Part shown: in pieces, positions 55,383-64,000 of the stretch | Layout: each line of letters opens with the position of its first letter | Position numbering within the stretch: position 1 is the stretch's first letter | IMG/VR virus record: IMGVR_UViG_3300050821_003884 | Coordinates: 1 to 64,000 of that record | Direction: 5' to 3' (one strand) | DNA from: a virus | DNA length: 64,000 nt | Translations under genes and position numbers: made by a program | The notes under the pieces: model-generated | The model's input: only the letters and a program-made list of their open reading frames with translations | Databases searched by the model: none | What the model was told of the DNA's origin: nothing

Positions 55383-55601
55383 ATGGCCTATCTGAAGGAA
55401 CGCATGAACGGAACCGTCGTTACCCAGCCCCACAAAATGCGGGTGATGCTGAGAGGTAAAATTTCCAACCTGCTTACGCAGTACACCCTTGATGAAGTGC
55501 TGGGCGAGATTGCCGCGCAGCGGCCCACATTCGACATCCATCTCGTAGTGGCCGGACGCAAAGCGGCCAACGGACAGGAAGCGCTCAGCGACCAGCAGTA
55601 A
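55383..55601 (+). CDS. Hypothetical protein
   Basis: SD, operon position. Confidence 0.55.
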   Translation: MAYLKERMNGTVVTQPHKMRVMLRGKISNLLTQYTLDEVLGEIAAQRPTFDIHLVVAGRKAANGQEALSDQQ

Positions 55602-55628
55602 GTTTTTTCGGAGTTCGGAGGTGACGTA

Positions 55629-55868
55629 ATGCCCGCCATCCGGGAACCAGAAACAGCCTTTTCTATCGGCGTCTGTTCTTTCAACCTGCGCCTGATGTCG
55701 GACGAACTGCGCCGGGAAGTGGAGCGAAGACTCTCCGGCCTGCCGATTGAGTATTCCCGCCTAACCGTGCGCTCCCGCGATGGCCAGACGCGCAGGCAGA
55801 TCGTGTGGCACCTGCGCGGCGAAGACTCACCCACTTACACGCAAAGCGATTTACAAGTGATTGAATGA
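55629..55868 (+). CDS. Hypothetical protein
   Basis: GGAGGTG SD. Confidence 0.55.
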   Translation: MPAIREPETAFSIGVCSFNLRLMSDELRREVERRLSGLPIEYSRLTVRSRDGQTRRQIVWHLRGEDSPTYTQSDLQVIE

Positions 55869-56128
55869 CAAACAACGCCAAATGGCGCGACAAGGTGCGC
55901 GAGGAATTAAAAAAGGGCGGCAGCGAGGCTCCCTGCCCCTTTTGCGGCGTTCCCCGCGTCCAGCGCAGCGACTACATTCGCTGCTGCCGCTGCGGCGTCA
56001 ACTGGCTGAAAGGCGAAGCGCTCGACTGTGACCCGCGCAGGGAACGCCAGCGCAGGCATCAGGAGCTGGCTGCGGCCACGCTGTCGGGAAATAAGGCAGG
56101 GAAGAAGGAAGAGCATGCCGGACGATAA
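55865..56128 (+). CDS. Zn-finger hypothetical protein
   Basis: CPFCG...CCRCG. Confidence 0.55.
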   Translation: MTNNAKWRDKVREELKKGGSEAPCPFCGVPRVQRSDYIRCCRCGVNWLKGEALDCDPRRERQRRHQELAAATLSGNKAGKKEEHAGR

Positions 56129-56306
56129 CATCACGTTCACCATCACGGGCAATGAATATATGCAGCTGCTGCTCATGATGGGCTACGCCACGGGCGCGGC
56201 CAGCAGGGAAGAAGATCAGCCCCTGTTGCGCAGCTTTCTGCGGCTGGCCAACAGCATCAACAAGGACAATCCCAAGTGGATACCTTACGAAGTGCCGGAA
56301 GAATAA
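56115..56306 (+). CDS. Hypothetical protein
   Basis: AAGGA SD. Confidence 0.55.
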   Translation: MPDDNITFTITGNEYMQLLLMMGYATGAASREEDQPLLRSFLRLANSINKDNPKWIPYEVPEE

Positions 56307-56333
56307 AAATTATTCCAAGGAGAATTAAAACTC

Positions 56334-56558
56334 ATGCGCTGTAGGAGACACCGCCGTTTCAACTGCATCGTTTGTACGCCCCAGCCCGCCGCTGCGGCCA
56401 CAAGCGACGACTCTTCCTCATCCACGTTGCTGAATCTCGCAGTCGCCGAAAGCGTTGTCGAGACATTCAGCTCCGCGCCCGACTCACAGCCTGACAGCAA
56501 CCCCTTCTCCGGCAGCGACGGCATGACCGGTGGCGGCGGCGCAGGCGGAGACTTCTGA
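56334..56558 (+). CDS. Hypothetical protein with Gly-rich tail
   Basis: AAGGAG SD; GGGGAGGDF end. Confidence 0.5.
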   Translation: MRCRRHRRFNCIVCTPQPAAAATSDDSSSSTLLNLAVAESVVETFSSAPDSQPDSNPFSGSDGMTGGGGAGGDF

Positions 56559-56567
56559 GGTGTTCTG

Positions 56568-57200
56568 ATGAAAGTCGAAGTGACCAACGAATTAAAACTG
56601 CGCTGGCCGGAAGGCTGGATTCGTACCCTGATCGAGCTGCGCAAGCACGACGCGCACTGGAAGAAGCCGCTCAGCTATTACGAGCAGCAGACAGTCAGGG
56701 AGCTGACGCTCATGGGCGCGACGGCGGTGCTGATTACCCATGGAACGTTCGACAAGGAGCGCATGGACCCCGGCGTTTCTGTCTGGTTCTCGCTCACCAA
56801 GGAAGACTACTCGTGGCAGACGCTGCTGGGCCTGCCGCCCGCACCCACGCTGGACGAGATCGATACGAACTATCGTGAGCGGGTCAAGCCCATCCACCCT
56901 GACCGCGAAGGCGGCGACATCGAACTGTTCAAGCGCTATGGAGAAGCCCGCAAACGCGCCCGCGACTGGGTTCTGGGCACGCATGCGGATCGCCACGAGT
57001 ACGTGATGGCGCTGGATCGCTACACCACGATTCGTGCGAATCTGGCCGGACTCTCCAGTGCCTTCCGCAGCTTCCGCTCCCTGCAAAAACTGGGCATGCC
57101 CACGATTCTCGAACGGGTGCTGGACAAGGCTTTCAAGGCTGCACTACCTATGAACGCATCGGGAGACGCCCATGAGCCTCGTGCTGAACGCACTGCCTGA
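56568..57200 (+). CDS. Phage protein with inserted DnaJ (J) domain
   Basis: LRWPEGWIRT...DPGVSVWF; WQTLLG...YRERVKPIHPDREGGD (HPD motif). Confidence 0.75.
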   Translation: MKVEVTNELKLRWPEGWIRTLIELRKHDAHWKKPLSYYEQQTVRELTLMGATAVLITHGTFDKERMDPGVSVWFSLTKEDYSWQTLLGLPPAPTLDEIDTNYRERVKPIHPDREGGDIELFKRYGEARKRARDWVLGTHADRHEYVMALDRYTTIRANLAGLSSAFRSFRSLQKLGMPTILERVLDKAFKAALPMNASGDAHEPRAERTA

Positions 57201-57639
57201 TCTGCACTCCGAAATCGCCTCTCTCCGGCGTGAGCTGGAGAAGAAGAATCTGCGCCTCGCGGAAGTGGAAGAAGAGCTGACGCGGGAGCGAAATAAAAAC
57301 CGCACCATCGAGGCCGGGGCGGAGAAACTGCGCAACATTCTCGATCCGCTGGTGAACGCTCTGGCCGCCATCTACGGGCGTATGGAGGCCATCGGCATCG
57401 ATGGCTCCGCGCCCGCCAACGACTCCAAGCGGGAAGTCTGGGAGTCGTGGAAGCAGAAGCTGGGCGGCCTGACGGCCAAGGCGATTGATGTGCTCATGCT
57501 GCACGGCCCCATGAATCAGACGCAGCTACGCATTCAGTTAGCCTGCGCCTCACGCTCCGTAACCAACATCGTCGGCGCACTCAACAAGGCTGGACTGATC
57601 AACAAAGTGGACGGGAAGATCGCGCTCAAGGAGCTGTAG
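57172..57639 (+). CDS. Coiled-coil plus winged-HTH protein
   Basis: N-terminal heptads; GPMNQTQL...LNKAGLI wHTH-like C-terminus. Confidence 0.65.
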   Translation: MSLVLNALPDLHSEIASLRRELEKKNLRLAEVEEELTRERNKNRTIEAGAEKLRNILDPLVNALAAIYGRMEAIGIDGSAPANDSKREVWESWKQKLGGLTAKAIDVLMLHGPMNQTQLRIQLACASRSVTNIVGALNKAGLINKVDGKIALKEL

Positions 57640-57861
57640 CGATGATTATCATCCTGAATGTACCGACCCCGACACCCATCTCCGTGTGGCACTCCGCAAT
57701 CTATCTTCACCAAGACAGAGCGCTGGCCTACCGGCATGCCGGATTTCTGGAAGCGATGACCGGCGACCGTTGCCGGGTCGTAAAACACGGGCTGATGGGG
57801 TATCGCGTGGCCCGCTTCGATCCCGGCGGCGGGGAAGCGGAATAATTCCAACTCGGTTCAT

Positions 57862-58068
57862 CTAGAACCCCCAGATCGATTCCGGCTCTTTGCTGTGCGC
57901 TGCCAGTACGCGATTGCGATGCGGCGCGGGCAGGAAGACCTTGCCGCCCATGCCGCCGGGTTTGTCGGCAAGGCAGCGGGCTGTGATCGCCGCACGGCAG
58001 TCCGGACAGACGATGCTCAGCGTCTGCTCGTCGTAGTCGTCGAAGCCTGTCTCTACTTTATGGATCAT
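57862..58068 (-). CDS. Hypothetical protein
   Basis: CPDC motif; divergent from operator copy 5. Confidence 0.45.
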   Translation of the reverse strand: MIHKVETGFDDYDEQTLSIVCPDCRAAITARCLADKPGGMGGKVFLPAPHRNRVLAAHSKEPESIWGF

Positions 58069-58087
58069 ATCTACCCCGACTAATAAA

Positions 58088-58105
58088 TGATGATGATCAT
58101 CATCA
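58088..58105. promoter_or_regulatory. Palindromic operator-like site A (copy 5)
   Basis: TGATGATGATCATCATCA in a divergent intergenic region. Confidence 0.7.
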
Positions 58106-58196
58106 TAACTATAGACTTATTAACATCCATGCTTGACTTAGGCGCATGATAGGCGCATGTTATCACCTTGTGATGGCGCATTTGTTGGAGAAATAT

Positions 58197-58376
58197 ATGA
58201 TGAACAATCAAGGGAGGATAATCGACCTGCTGGTGCGCTACTGGGGGCTGGGGAAAGAACTGGACGAGGACGAGAGGGCAGTGCTGCTTACGGCTCTCGA
58301 CGAGGAGAATAAGCTGCTGCGCGGGCCGATCCACCAGCGGGCGCTGGAGCGCCTGAAGGAGAAGGGAATTGAGTAA
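58197..58376 (+). CDS. Hypothetical protein
   Basis: GGAG SD. Confidence 0.5.
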   Translation: MMNNQGRIIDLLVRYWGLGKELDEDERAVLLTALDEENKLLRGPIHQRALERLKEKGIE

Positions 58377-58539
58377 TGGACGATCCCCTCTGCGGCTACT
58401 GCCACATGCCGCTCAGCCTGCACTGCAAAGGCCACCAGTCGCATTCGGACGGACGCCATGGAACCTGTATATGCGTGAGCCGCCACTGTCTCGCGCCGCT
58501 GTGCGACTGTCTTGATTTCCGGCCACCAGAGGAGAAGCC

Positions 58540-58776
58540 ATGCCCCGCCCCAAACCCACCAGCAAGGCGCTGTACGAGCGCAAGGACCGCGCTCAGGAAT
58601 GGAAAGTGTTCCGCAGAAACAACCTGCTCACCCAGAAGCGGCTGGCGCATATCATGGGCGTCTCCCGCCGCACCATCCAGTTGGTCGAAGGCGCATATAT
58701 TACCCCGCATCCGAAAACCCTGCGCCTCTTCAGCCAGTTTAAAAACAAGTACGATAGCCGCGTAAATACTGCATGA
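58540..58776 (+). CDS. XRE/Cro-type HTH transcriptional regulator
   Basis: FRRNNLLTQKRLAHIMGVSRRTIQLVEGA...P. Confidence 0.85.
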   Translation: MPRPKPTSKALYERKDRAQEWKVFRRNNLLTQKRLAHIMGVSRRTIQLVEGAYITPHPKTLRLFSQFKNKYDSRVNTA

Positions 58777-58798
58777 TTTAAAAACAAAGGAGAAATTT

Positions 58799-59185
58799 AT
58801 GACTGATACTGTTGATTTCGTCGAAGCGCTTTCGGGCGAGGAAATCGTTATCGATCTGTGCTCGCAACTGGCCGAGAAGCTGCGCAAGGACTGCAACCTG
58901 AGAGAGTCGGACAGCTATCAGGGCGGCTACATGGCCAAGATCACGGTGCATCTGGAAGCTTACGGCATGGACACCGCCACTGTGGATGCCACGGTTGCGA
59001 CCGGCACCGAGCAGGATCATCCGGATGAGCTGCTGGACGCCGAGTACGAGATTCCCGTTGAACCTTTGCTGAATGTGGTGCGCGAGCGCTCCGAGCAGCC
59101 GGTGCCCACGCTGGCGGAAGAAGGCGGGCAGCCGGTAGTGAAGTCGCGCCGTTACGTGCGCCGCGAGCAGAAGGTTTCAGTGTAA
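58799..59185 (+). CDS. Hypothetical protein
   Basis: AAGGAG SD. Confidence 0.6.
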   Translation: MTDTVDFVEALSGEEIVIDLCSQLAEKLRKDCNLRESDSYQGGYMAKITVHLEAYGMDTATVDATVATGTEQDHPDELLDAEYEIPVEPLLNVVRERSEQPVPTLAEEGGQPVVKSRRYVRREQKVSV

Positions 59186-59284
59186 GAAACAGAGCGTCAT
59201 CCTCCGCTTAGAAATTAAATTTCAGGCGGGGATGCGGGGTGCGGCGGACTTCTTGGGGGAGGCTGCCGCACGTTATCTCGCGAG

Positions 59285-59677
59285 ATGGAGAAACCCGCCA
59301 ACCGAGTGAGCGGCATGCCGATGACAGACGATCAACTGAATTCCTTCGCAGAACGATTCGTACTATCATTCGAGAAATTAGCGTTAGCTCTGGAGGGCTT
59401 GAATGAAACCTACCGACGACAGTACGCCAGCCAGTACCCGGAACGCAGGGAAGTCAGGGAAGCCGTCGTCACGCGGATCCAGTCCGAAGAAGACAGAATC
59501 CGCGAAGCGCAGGGCGCAAGCAGCAGGCCCCTCTCCGCGTGGCTCAGCGAAGTCGAAGACGAGGAAGAAGAGGCAGAATTTATTGGAGTTCGTGAGCGCG
59601 AATGGCTCGACGCCCAAAGAACCCCCGCCACCGCTCAAGGACGTGAAGGCGATCACACGGAAGAGGGAGAATCCTAA
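59285..59677 (+). CDS. Hypothetical acidic protein
   Basis: Open frame overlapping next gene. Confidence 0.45.
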   Translation: MEKPANRVSGMPMTDDQLNSFAERFVLSFEKLALALEGLNETYRRQYASQYPERREVREAVVTRIQSEEDRIREAQGASSRPLSAWLSEVEDEEEEAEFIGVREREWLDAQRTPATAQGREGDHTEEGES

Positions 59678-60302
59678 GCGCACCCTCACCGCGCTCAAGC
59701 GCCTTGGCGTCTCCGCGAAAGAGCTGGCGCTCGCTCCCCAGATCACGCCTTTGCTCAAGCGGGCCGAGGGTGGCGTCGAACAGGTTATAGCCGCCATGCG
59801 CTTTGCTCCCGACGAAGTAATTGCCGCATTTCTGGAAAAATATGACTCCATCCGCGCCGGAGATCGCGAGCGCCTGAGCATTGAAGCTGTTGCGCTGGCC
59901 GCGCAGATCAACATTGCCCACCTACTCGGATCGATCCAGTTGGCGCTTCAGCAGCAGTCGGTAAACACGGTAAAAATTATCGCGGTAACCAATCACCATA
60001 AGATCACCGAAGCCAGAGTCGCTTACGGCATGTTGCCGCTGGGTGAAAGAGATCGTACCGCGCTCGATACCGCCATGGGATTTTTACCTTCGCCTAAAGG
60101 GCCGACCTTCATCAACAAAGCAATATTCGGATCAGGCAAGAATGTGATGGACCAGCAGCGGAGCGGCGACGATGACGAGGAAGGCGAGCTGGTCAATAGC
60201 GACGATATCGACTTAGACCGTTTGTTCCCACCTGCAAATCTCATGCAGGAACGGCTTCAGGCAATCAGGCAGCGCCAGTTACCGTCGGGGACGAAGCCCT
60301 GA
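59403..60302 (+). CDS. Hypothetical protein, candidate terminase small subunit
   Basis: GGAGG SD; basic N-terminus, helical core; two genes upstream of terL (positional inference only). Confidence 0.45.
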   Translation: MKPTDDSTPASTRNAGKSGKPSSRGSSPKKTESAKRRAQAAGPSPRGSAKSKTRKKRQNLLEFVSANGSTPKEPPPPLKDVKAITRKRENPKRTLTALKRLGVSAKELALAPQITPLLKRAEGGVEQVIAAMRFAPDEVIAAFLEKYDSIRAGDRERLSIEAVALAAQINIAHLLGSIQLALQQQSVNTVKIIAVTNHHKITEARVAYGMLPLGERDRTALDTAMGFLPSPKGPTFINKAIFGSGKNVMDQQRSGDDDEEGELVNSDDIDLDRLFPPANLMQERLQAIRQRQLPSGTKP

Positions 60303-60321
60303 GCGTGAAAGGAAACAGATT

Positions 60322-61182
60322 ATGGTGTCCGATTCTTATAAAGCGCAATATCCTCCTCTGACTCTGTCGAGTTCATACGAACAGGAAGCCATGAATTGCG
60401 TGCTTACCGGCACCGCTGCGGCCTCCCACTCGACCGGGGACGGGGTCATAATTTACACCGTGCCGCCGCCGTCCCCGGAACCTCCGGTAGAACCGCTTCC
60501 AGAGGGGCCGCCATCGGAACTGGCCACGCTGCACATGGACATGAATGACTCGACGGACAACATCGTGGCCTTGGAAAACAAGGCGTTCACGCCGGTTGTC
60601 GGCAGCATTCTCCAGATCGATGCTGAGTACATGGCCGTCACCGATGCGGCCAACCGCAATAATCTGCAAGTGAGCCGTGCGGCCTGCGGTTCCGACATCG
60701 GCACGCACACGGCGGGAGTCGAGGTAACGATCTGGGGAGCGTCGCCGCCGACTGATTTGGCCAGCGGGACAGGCGTACTCCACATGCCCATGAACGATTC
60801 CACCGACAGCATCGTGGCCCTTGAAGACAAGGCGTCATCGGTGGCTGCTGGCAGTGTTCTCGGGATTGACGCCGAGTACATGATGGTTACCGACGCCACC
60901 AATCTCAACAACCTTGCCGTCACCCGTGCGACTTGCGGCTCCGCTATTGGCCCGCACGCGGAAGGGGCGCAGGTGACGATGTGGGGAAATGGATCATCTG
61001 CCCAGACGGCGACGAAGACGAAGGGTACGCACCACAATAAAGCTGCTGCTGCGTCAGGCGGCGAGGCCAGCGCTCACAAGACATCGAAACAAATCCGCCC
61101 TGAGACTGCGGCTGAGGAACGGCGGCGCGAAGACGCGGAAGATGACAAAGCTGGCGAGGTACACGCCAAGAAGAAGAAGTAA
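60322..61182 (+). CDS. Protein with duplicated beta-domain, probably virion-associated
   Basis: Two copies of LHMxMNDSTDxIVALE...IDAEYMxVTDA...VxRAxCGS...H..G..VT.WG. Confidence 0.6.
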   Translation: MVSDSYKAQYPPLTLSSSYEQEAMNCVLTGTAAASHSTGDGVIIYTVPPPSPEPPVEPLPEGPPSELATLHMDMNDSTDNIVALENKAFTPVVGSILQIDAEYMAVTDAANRNNLQVSRAACGSDIGTHTAGVEVTIWGASPPTDLASGTGVLHMPMNDSTDSIVALEDKASSVAAGSVLGIDAEYMMVTDATNLNNLAVTRATCGSAIGPHAEGAQVTMWGNGSSAQTATKTKGTHHNKAAAASGGEASAHKTSKQIRPETAAEERRREDAEDDKAGEVHAKKKK

Positions 61183-61258
61183 AGCTCTTGACGCTAAGTA
61201 ATAACACGAATTAGTTTTAGTTCCATCGGAGATACAGGCCACCCGCACGGGACAGGTC

Positions 61259-61290
61259 ATGGCTCTGGCACTTATGCCAGAGCCATTTTT
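61259..61290 (+). terminator. Intrinsic terminator-like hairpin just before terL
   Basis: ATGGCTCTGGCA-CTTA-TGCCAGAGCCAT-TTTT, perfect 12-bp stem. Confidence 0.7.
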
Positions 61291-61304
61291 ATTTGCGGAG
61301 GGAA

Positions 61305-63455
61305 ATGTACAGCGATAAAACCATCTTCCGTAATCTGGACGACTTTGCCGCCAAGGAAGGGTGGCTGCCCCAATACCACTCTTACGACGAAGTACGCGAA
61401 TTCAGCGCCTACATCGACTCGCTTACCAAGATCGAATCGAACTCCAAGTCCAGCTACATTTCCGTAGTCAAGCGCATCACCGCCAAGCGGCAGAAGGACG
61501 TGGCCCGCTGGATTGAAAACGAGCAGGTTTTGTGCGGCTTCGACAGTGGTTACTGGGAAAGAAATTACGCGTGGGTCTGTGACGAGAAGGGACAGATATT
61601 TAAATTCGCGAACCGCACATCGCAGGTGGTCTTCGATTCGATCATCGCCGGTTTCGATGAGCGCGAGGTGTCGATTGAGCTGCTGATCCTGAAGGCGCGG
61701 CAGGTAGGCATCTCCACCAAGACGGCGCTGAAATTTATTCACCGGCTGATGTTCATTCCCCACACGCAGGCGGTGATGGCGTCGGTGATGAAGGAAAAGT
61801 CGGAACTGATCGGACGCATCCTCGATACCGCGTACAACCGCTCGCCATGGTGGCTGGTGCCCCGGCGCATGCCCAAGCGCTCCTTCGACAACGGCTCCAT
61901 TCTGTCGATCCAGTCGGGCATGCAGGCTACGGGATTGGCTCAGGGGTGGACGCCAACCTGCGTGCATGTATCCGAGCTGGCTGATGTTCCGAATCCTAAG
62001 ACCACCATCGAAGAAGGCTTGTTCCGCGCCGCGCATTCATCCAAAAACCTCTTTATGGTTCTTGAAGGCACAGGCGGCGGCAATACCGGGTGGCTGGCGG
62101 ATACGTGGAGAGCTTCGAAAGAAGACTGGCCCAAGGGGCTGGCCCGCCTGTGTCCGGTGTTCATCCCTTGGGCCATGTGCCCGGACATTTACCCGGAGCC
62201 GGACTGGGTGAAAAAGTTTCCCGTGCCCGAAGACTTTGCGTCGCGGATGCACGAGGTAACCCGCAAGCACGTCATCAAGTGCGAATCGTACATCCGCAAC
62301 ACGCCCTATCTGGCCAAGATCGCGGGCGCTGACTGGCGTATGCCGATTGAGCAGAAGTGGTTCTGGCAGTTCAACTACGATGCGGCCTGCAAGAACCACA
62401 CGCAGAAGACATGGGCCGCGCAGATGCCCGCCGACGACTACGAAGCGCTGACCGGAATTCACGACAGCGTCTTCGATCCCGAGGTGCTGGCGGAAGTCGA
62501 GGACCGCATCTACGAGGTCCATACGGATTCGAACAGGCGGGAGCGCAGGAAGCCGGTTGAGGTCTACGCCATCACCGGCCATGACGTAGATGAAATCTTT
62601 CATCCGCCGGACGAGCGCATCGACTGGACGAAGGACGTGGTGCGCGTCGAGTGGGATTCATATCGCGGCCAGCATTACGAGTGGAAGATGATTCCGCTGC
62701 TCGCGCTGGACGAGGACAGCGAACGCAACACTATGGATTATCTGCTGATCTACGAGTGGCCGAAGAATGGGCAGCGCTACTCCTGCGGGATCGACACGGC
62801 GGACGGCTTGGGCAAGGAAGACGAAGAGCGGTCTTGCCTGTCGATTGCCAAGAACAGGTATTCCGGTGATTGCGATCAGCAGGTGGCCGAGCTGACATCG
62901 AACCGCATCAACTCCGCGCAGATCGTCCCCTTTGCGGCCTGCATGGGGGCGCTGTACGGTCCCGCGTGCCCCGACGCCCGTGGCATGAAGTTCTGCATCG
63001 AGCAGATTCAGGGGCCGGGAGATACCTGCCAGCACCAGTTGAAGATGATGGGCTTCTTCAACCACCACATCCCGCGCCGCTACGACTCGAAAAAGATCAA
63101 GGACGATTCTTCCAAAAAGGAAGGCTGGTACTCCAGCACGTGGTCCGTCCCGATTCTCACCACCCGCTTTGTCGAGGCGGTCAACGGCGGCTGGTACGAG
63201 CCGAGATCGAGATGGCTGATCGAGGAGCTGCGCACGCTGGAGCGCCACGAGACGGGCAGCAGGTCCAAGATGGAGCACCGCAGCGGTAAGTTCGACGACC
63301 GCTTCCGGGCGGCGGCGCAGTCGTACTTCACCGCGCACGACATGGATGTGCTGACGGAGCGGGCGCAGAAGCGCTATGCCCTGCCAGCCCGCAAGGCGGT
63401 GGTTTCCCGTACAGCCTGTACGGCGAATCAGGTATCGGTAGGGAGTTGGGGATGA
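61305..63455 (+). CDS. terL: Terminase large subunit
   Basis: ILKARQVGIST (Walker A variant), VHVSELA (Walker B), LEGTGGG (motif C), FIPW, CGIDTADG (nuclease Asp), KFDDR. Confidence 0.9.
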   Translation: MYSDKTIFRNLDDFAAKEGWLPQYHSYDEVREFSAYIDSLTKIESNSKSSYISVVKRITAKRQKDVARWIENEQVLCGFDSGYWERNYAWVCDEKGQIFKFANRTSQVVFDSIIAGFDEREVSIELLILKARQVGISTKTALKFIHRLMFIPHTQAVMASVMKEKSELIGRILDTAYNRSPWWLVPRRMPKRSFDNGSILSIQSGMQATGLAQGWTPTCVHVSELADVPNPKTTIEEGLFRAAHSSKNLFMVLEGTGGGNTGWLADTWRASKEDWPKGLARLCPVFIPWAMCPDIYPEPDWVKKFPVPEDFASRMHEVTRKHVIKCESYIRNTPYLAKIAGADWRMPIEQKWFWQFNYDAACKNHTQKTWAAQMPADDYEALTGIHDSVFDPEVLAEVEDRIYEVHTDSNRRERRKPVEVYAITGHDVDEIFHPPDERIDWTKDVVRVEWDSYRGQHYEWKMIPLLALDEDSERNTMDYLLIYEWPKNGQRYSCGIDTADGLGKEDEERSCLSIAKNRYSGDCDQQVAELTSNRINSAQIVPFAACMGALYGPACPDARGMKFCIEQIQGPGDTCQHQLKMMGFFNHHIPRRYDSKKIKDDSSKKEGWYSSTWSVPILTTRFVEAVNGGWYEPRSRWLIEELRTLERHETGSRSKMEHRSGKFDDRFRAAAQSYFTAHDMDVLTERAQKRYALPARKAVVSRTACTANQVSVGSWG

Positions 63456-63841
63456 ACAGGCAGCTACAGACAAAAATTATCTACTACTACAACGGCGTGA
63501 CCGGCGCAATCACCATGGGACTCCCGGAGCAGTACAGCGCACCCTATGGCTGGCAGAAGATCGTCTGCCACACAGCGCATGAGGCCGAAGTATGGTCTGC
63601 GCGGATGCGGCGCTGGGAAGCCTTCAAGCAGCAGATGGAAGACGAGCAGCGGGAGCTTATCGAGGGGCCGATCCGGGATAACCTGCGCAGGCATATCCAG
63701 CATCTGGCCGCCAATGCCCGTAATAACATGAACCGCGATTTTCTACTTATGCATTTGAATAACTACGACAAGCGTCCGGACCTAACTAGGACCGAACGGA
63801 TAAGTTATCTACATGCGGAAGCCCACGAAAGCGGGCATTAG
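63452..63841 (+). CDS. Hypothetical protein
   Basis: ATGA coupling to terL. Confidence 0.6.
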   Translation: MNRQLQTKIIYYYNGVTGAITMGLPEQYSAPYGWQKIVCHTAHEAEVWSARMRRWEAFKQQMEDEQRELIEGPIRDNLRRHIQHLAANARNNMNRDFLLMHLNNYDKRPDLTRTERISYLHAEAHESGH

Positions 63842-64000
63842 TAAAAATTAAATTGCATGCGGACGGATGTCGTTGTAGGTTAGGCAAAGTTACCCCGTTT
63901 GTGGGAGCGGGTTCCGGGAGAGAAACTGGAAACGCCTGAGTGCCGGTTCTCGTCGATAGCGTTCAGCAGGCCGTCACGTCCACGGGGCGCACCTCGTGGG

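Noticed and set aside
1-64000. Assigning the host (impression of Acidobacteriota from integrase, Uma2 and vapBC style)
   Set aside because: Impression only; needs database comparison of the att core and proteins.

Overview
The window is about 64 kb of one temperate tailed-phage genome (Caudoviricetes-type terminase). It is apparently in its excised or free form: an intact attP (3' half of tRNA-Gly(CCC) with arm-type repeats and IHF-consensus sites on both sides) lies next to a tyrosine integrase. Layout: (i) leftward int/xis/rep block (0.4-4.0 kb); (ii) rightward recombination/DNA-metabolism operon (4.6-15.6 kb); (iii) a leftward early region of about 27 kb of mostly small genes, most preceded by a conserved start-associated repeat, including vapBC, Uma2 nucleases, ParB, a resolvase and a MoxR-like ATPase/vWA module (16-44 kb); (iv) a non-coding switch region with boxB/boxA-like and DnaA-box-like motifs (44-45.9 kb); (v) a rightward region ending in terL. 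The main result is an RNA-guided system of the TIGR-Tas type. A Nop/IS110-related protein with no recognisable nuclease domain (49157-50173) is embedded in very long arrays of 36-nt units: two alternating 9-nt repeats, GMGTGAACC and GMGAGYRCC, separated by variable spacers of about 9 nt. There are roughly 80 units by eye in four blocks, two of them about 37 kb from the tas gene and bracketing cargo genes. The arrays also carry a recurrent element of about 29 nt (one copy inverted), an embedded small gene, and stretches read as protein. Two palindromic operator families and five paralogous Zn-ribbon proteins suggest a distinctive regulatory circuit. All protein calls are from motif recognition by eye, not database searches, and the host is not established.
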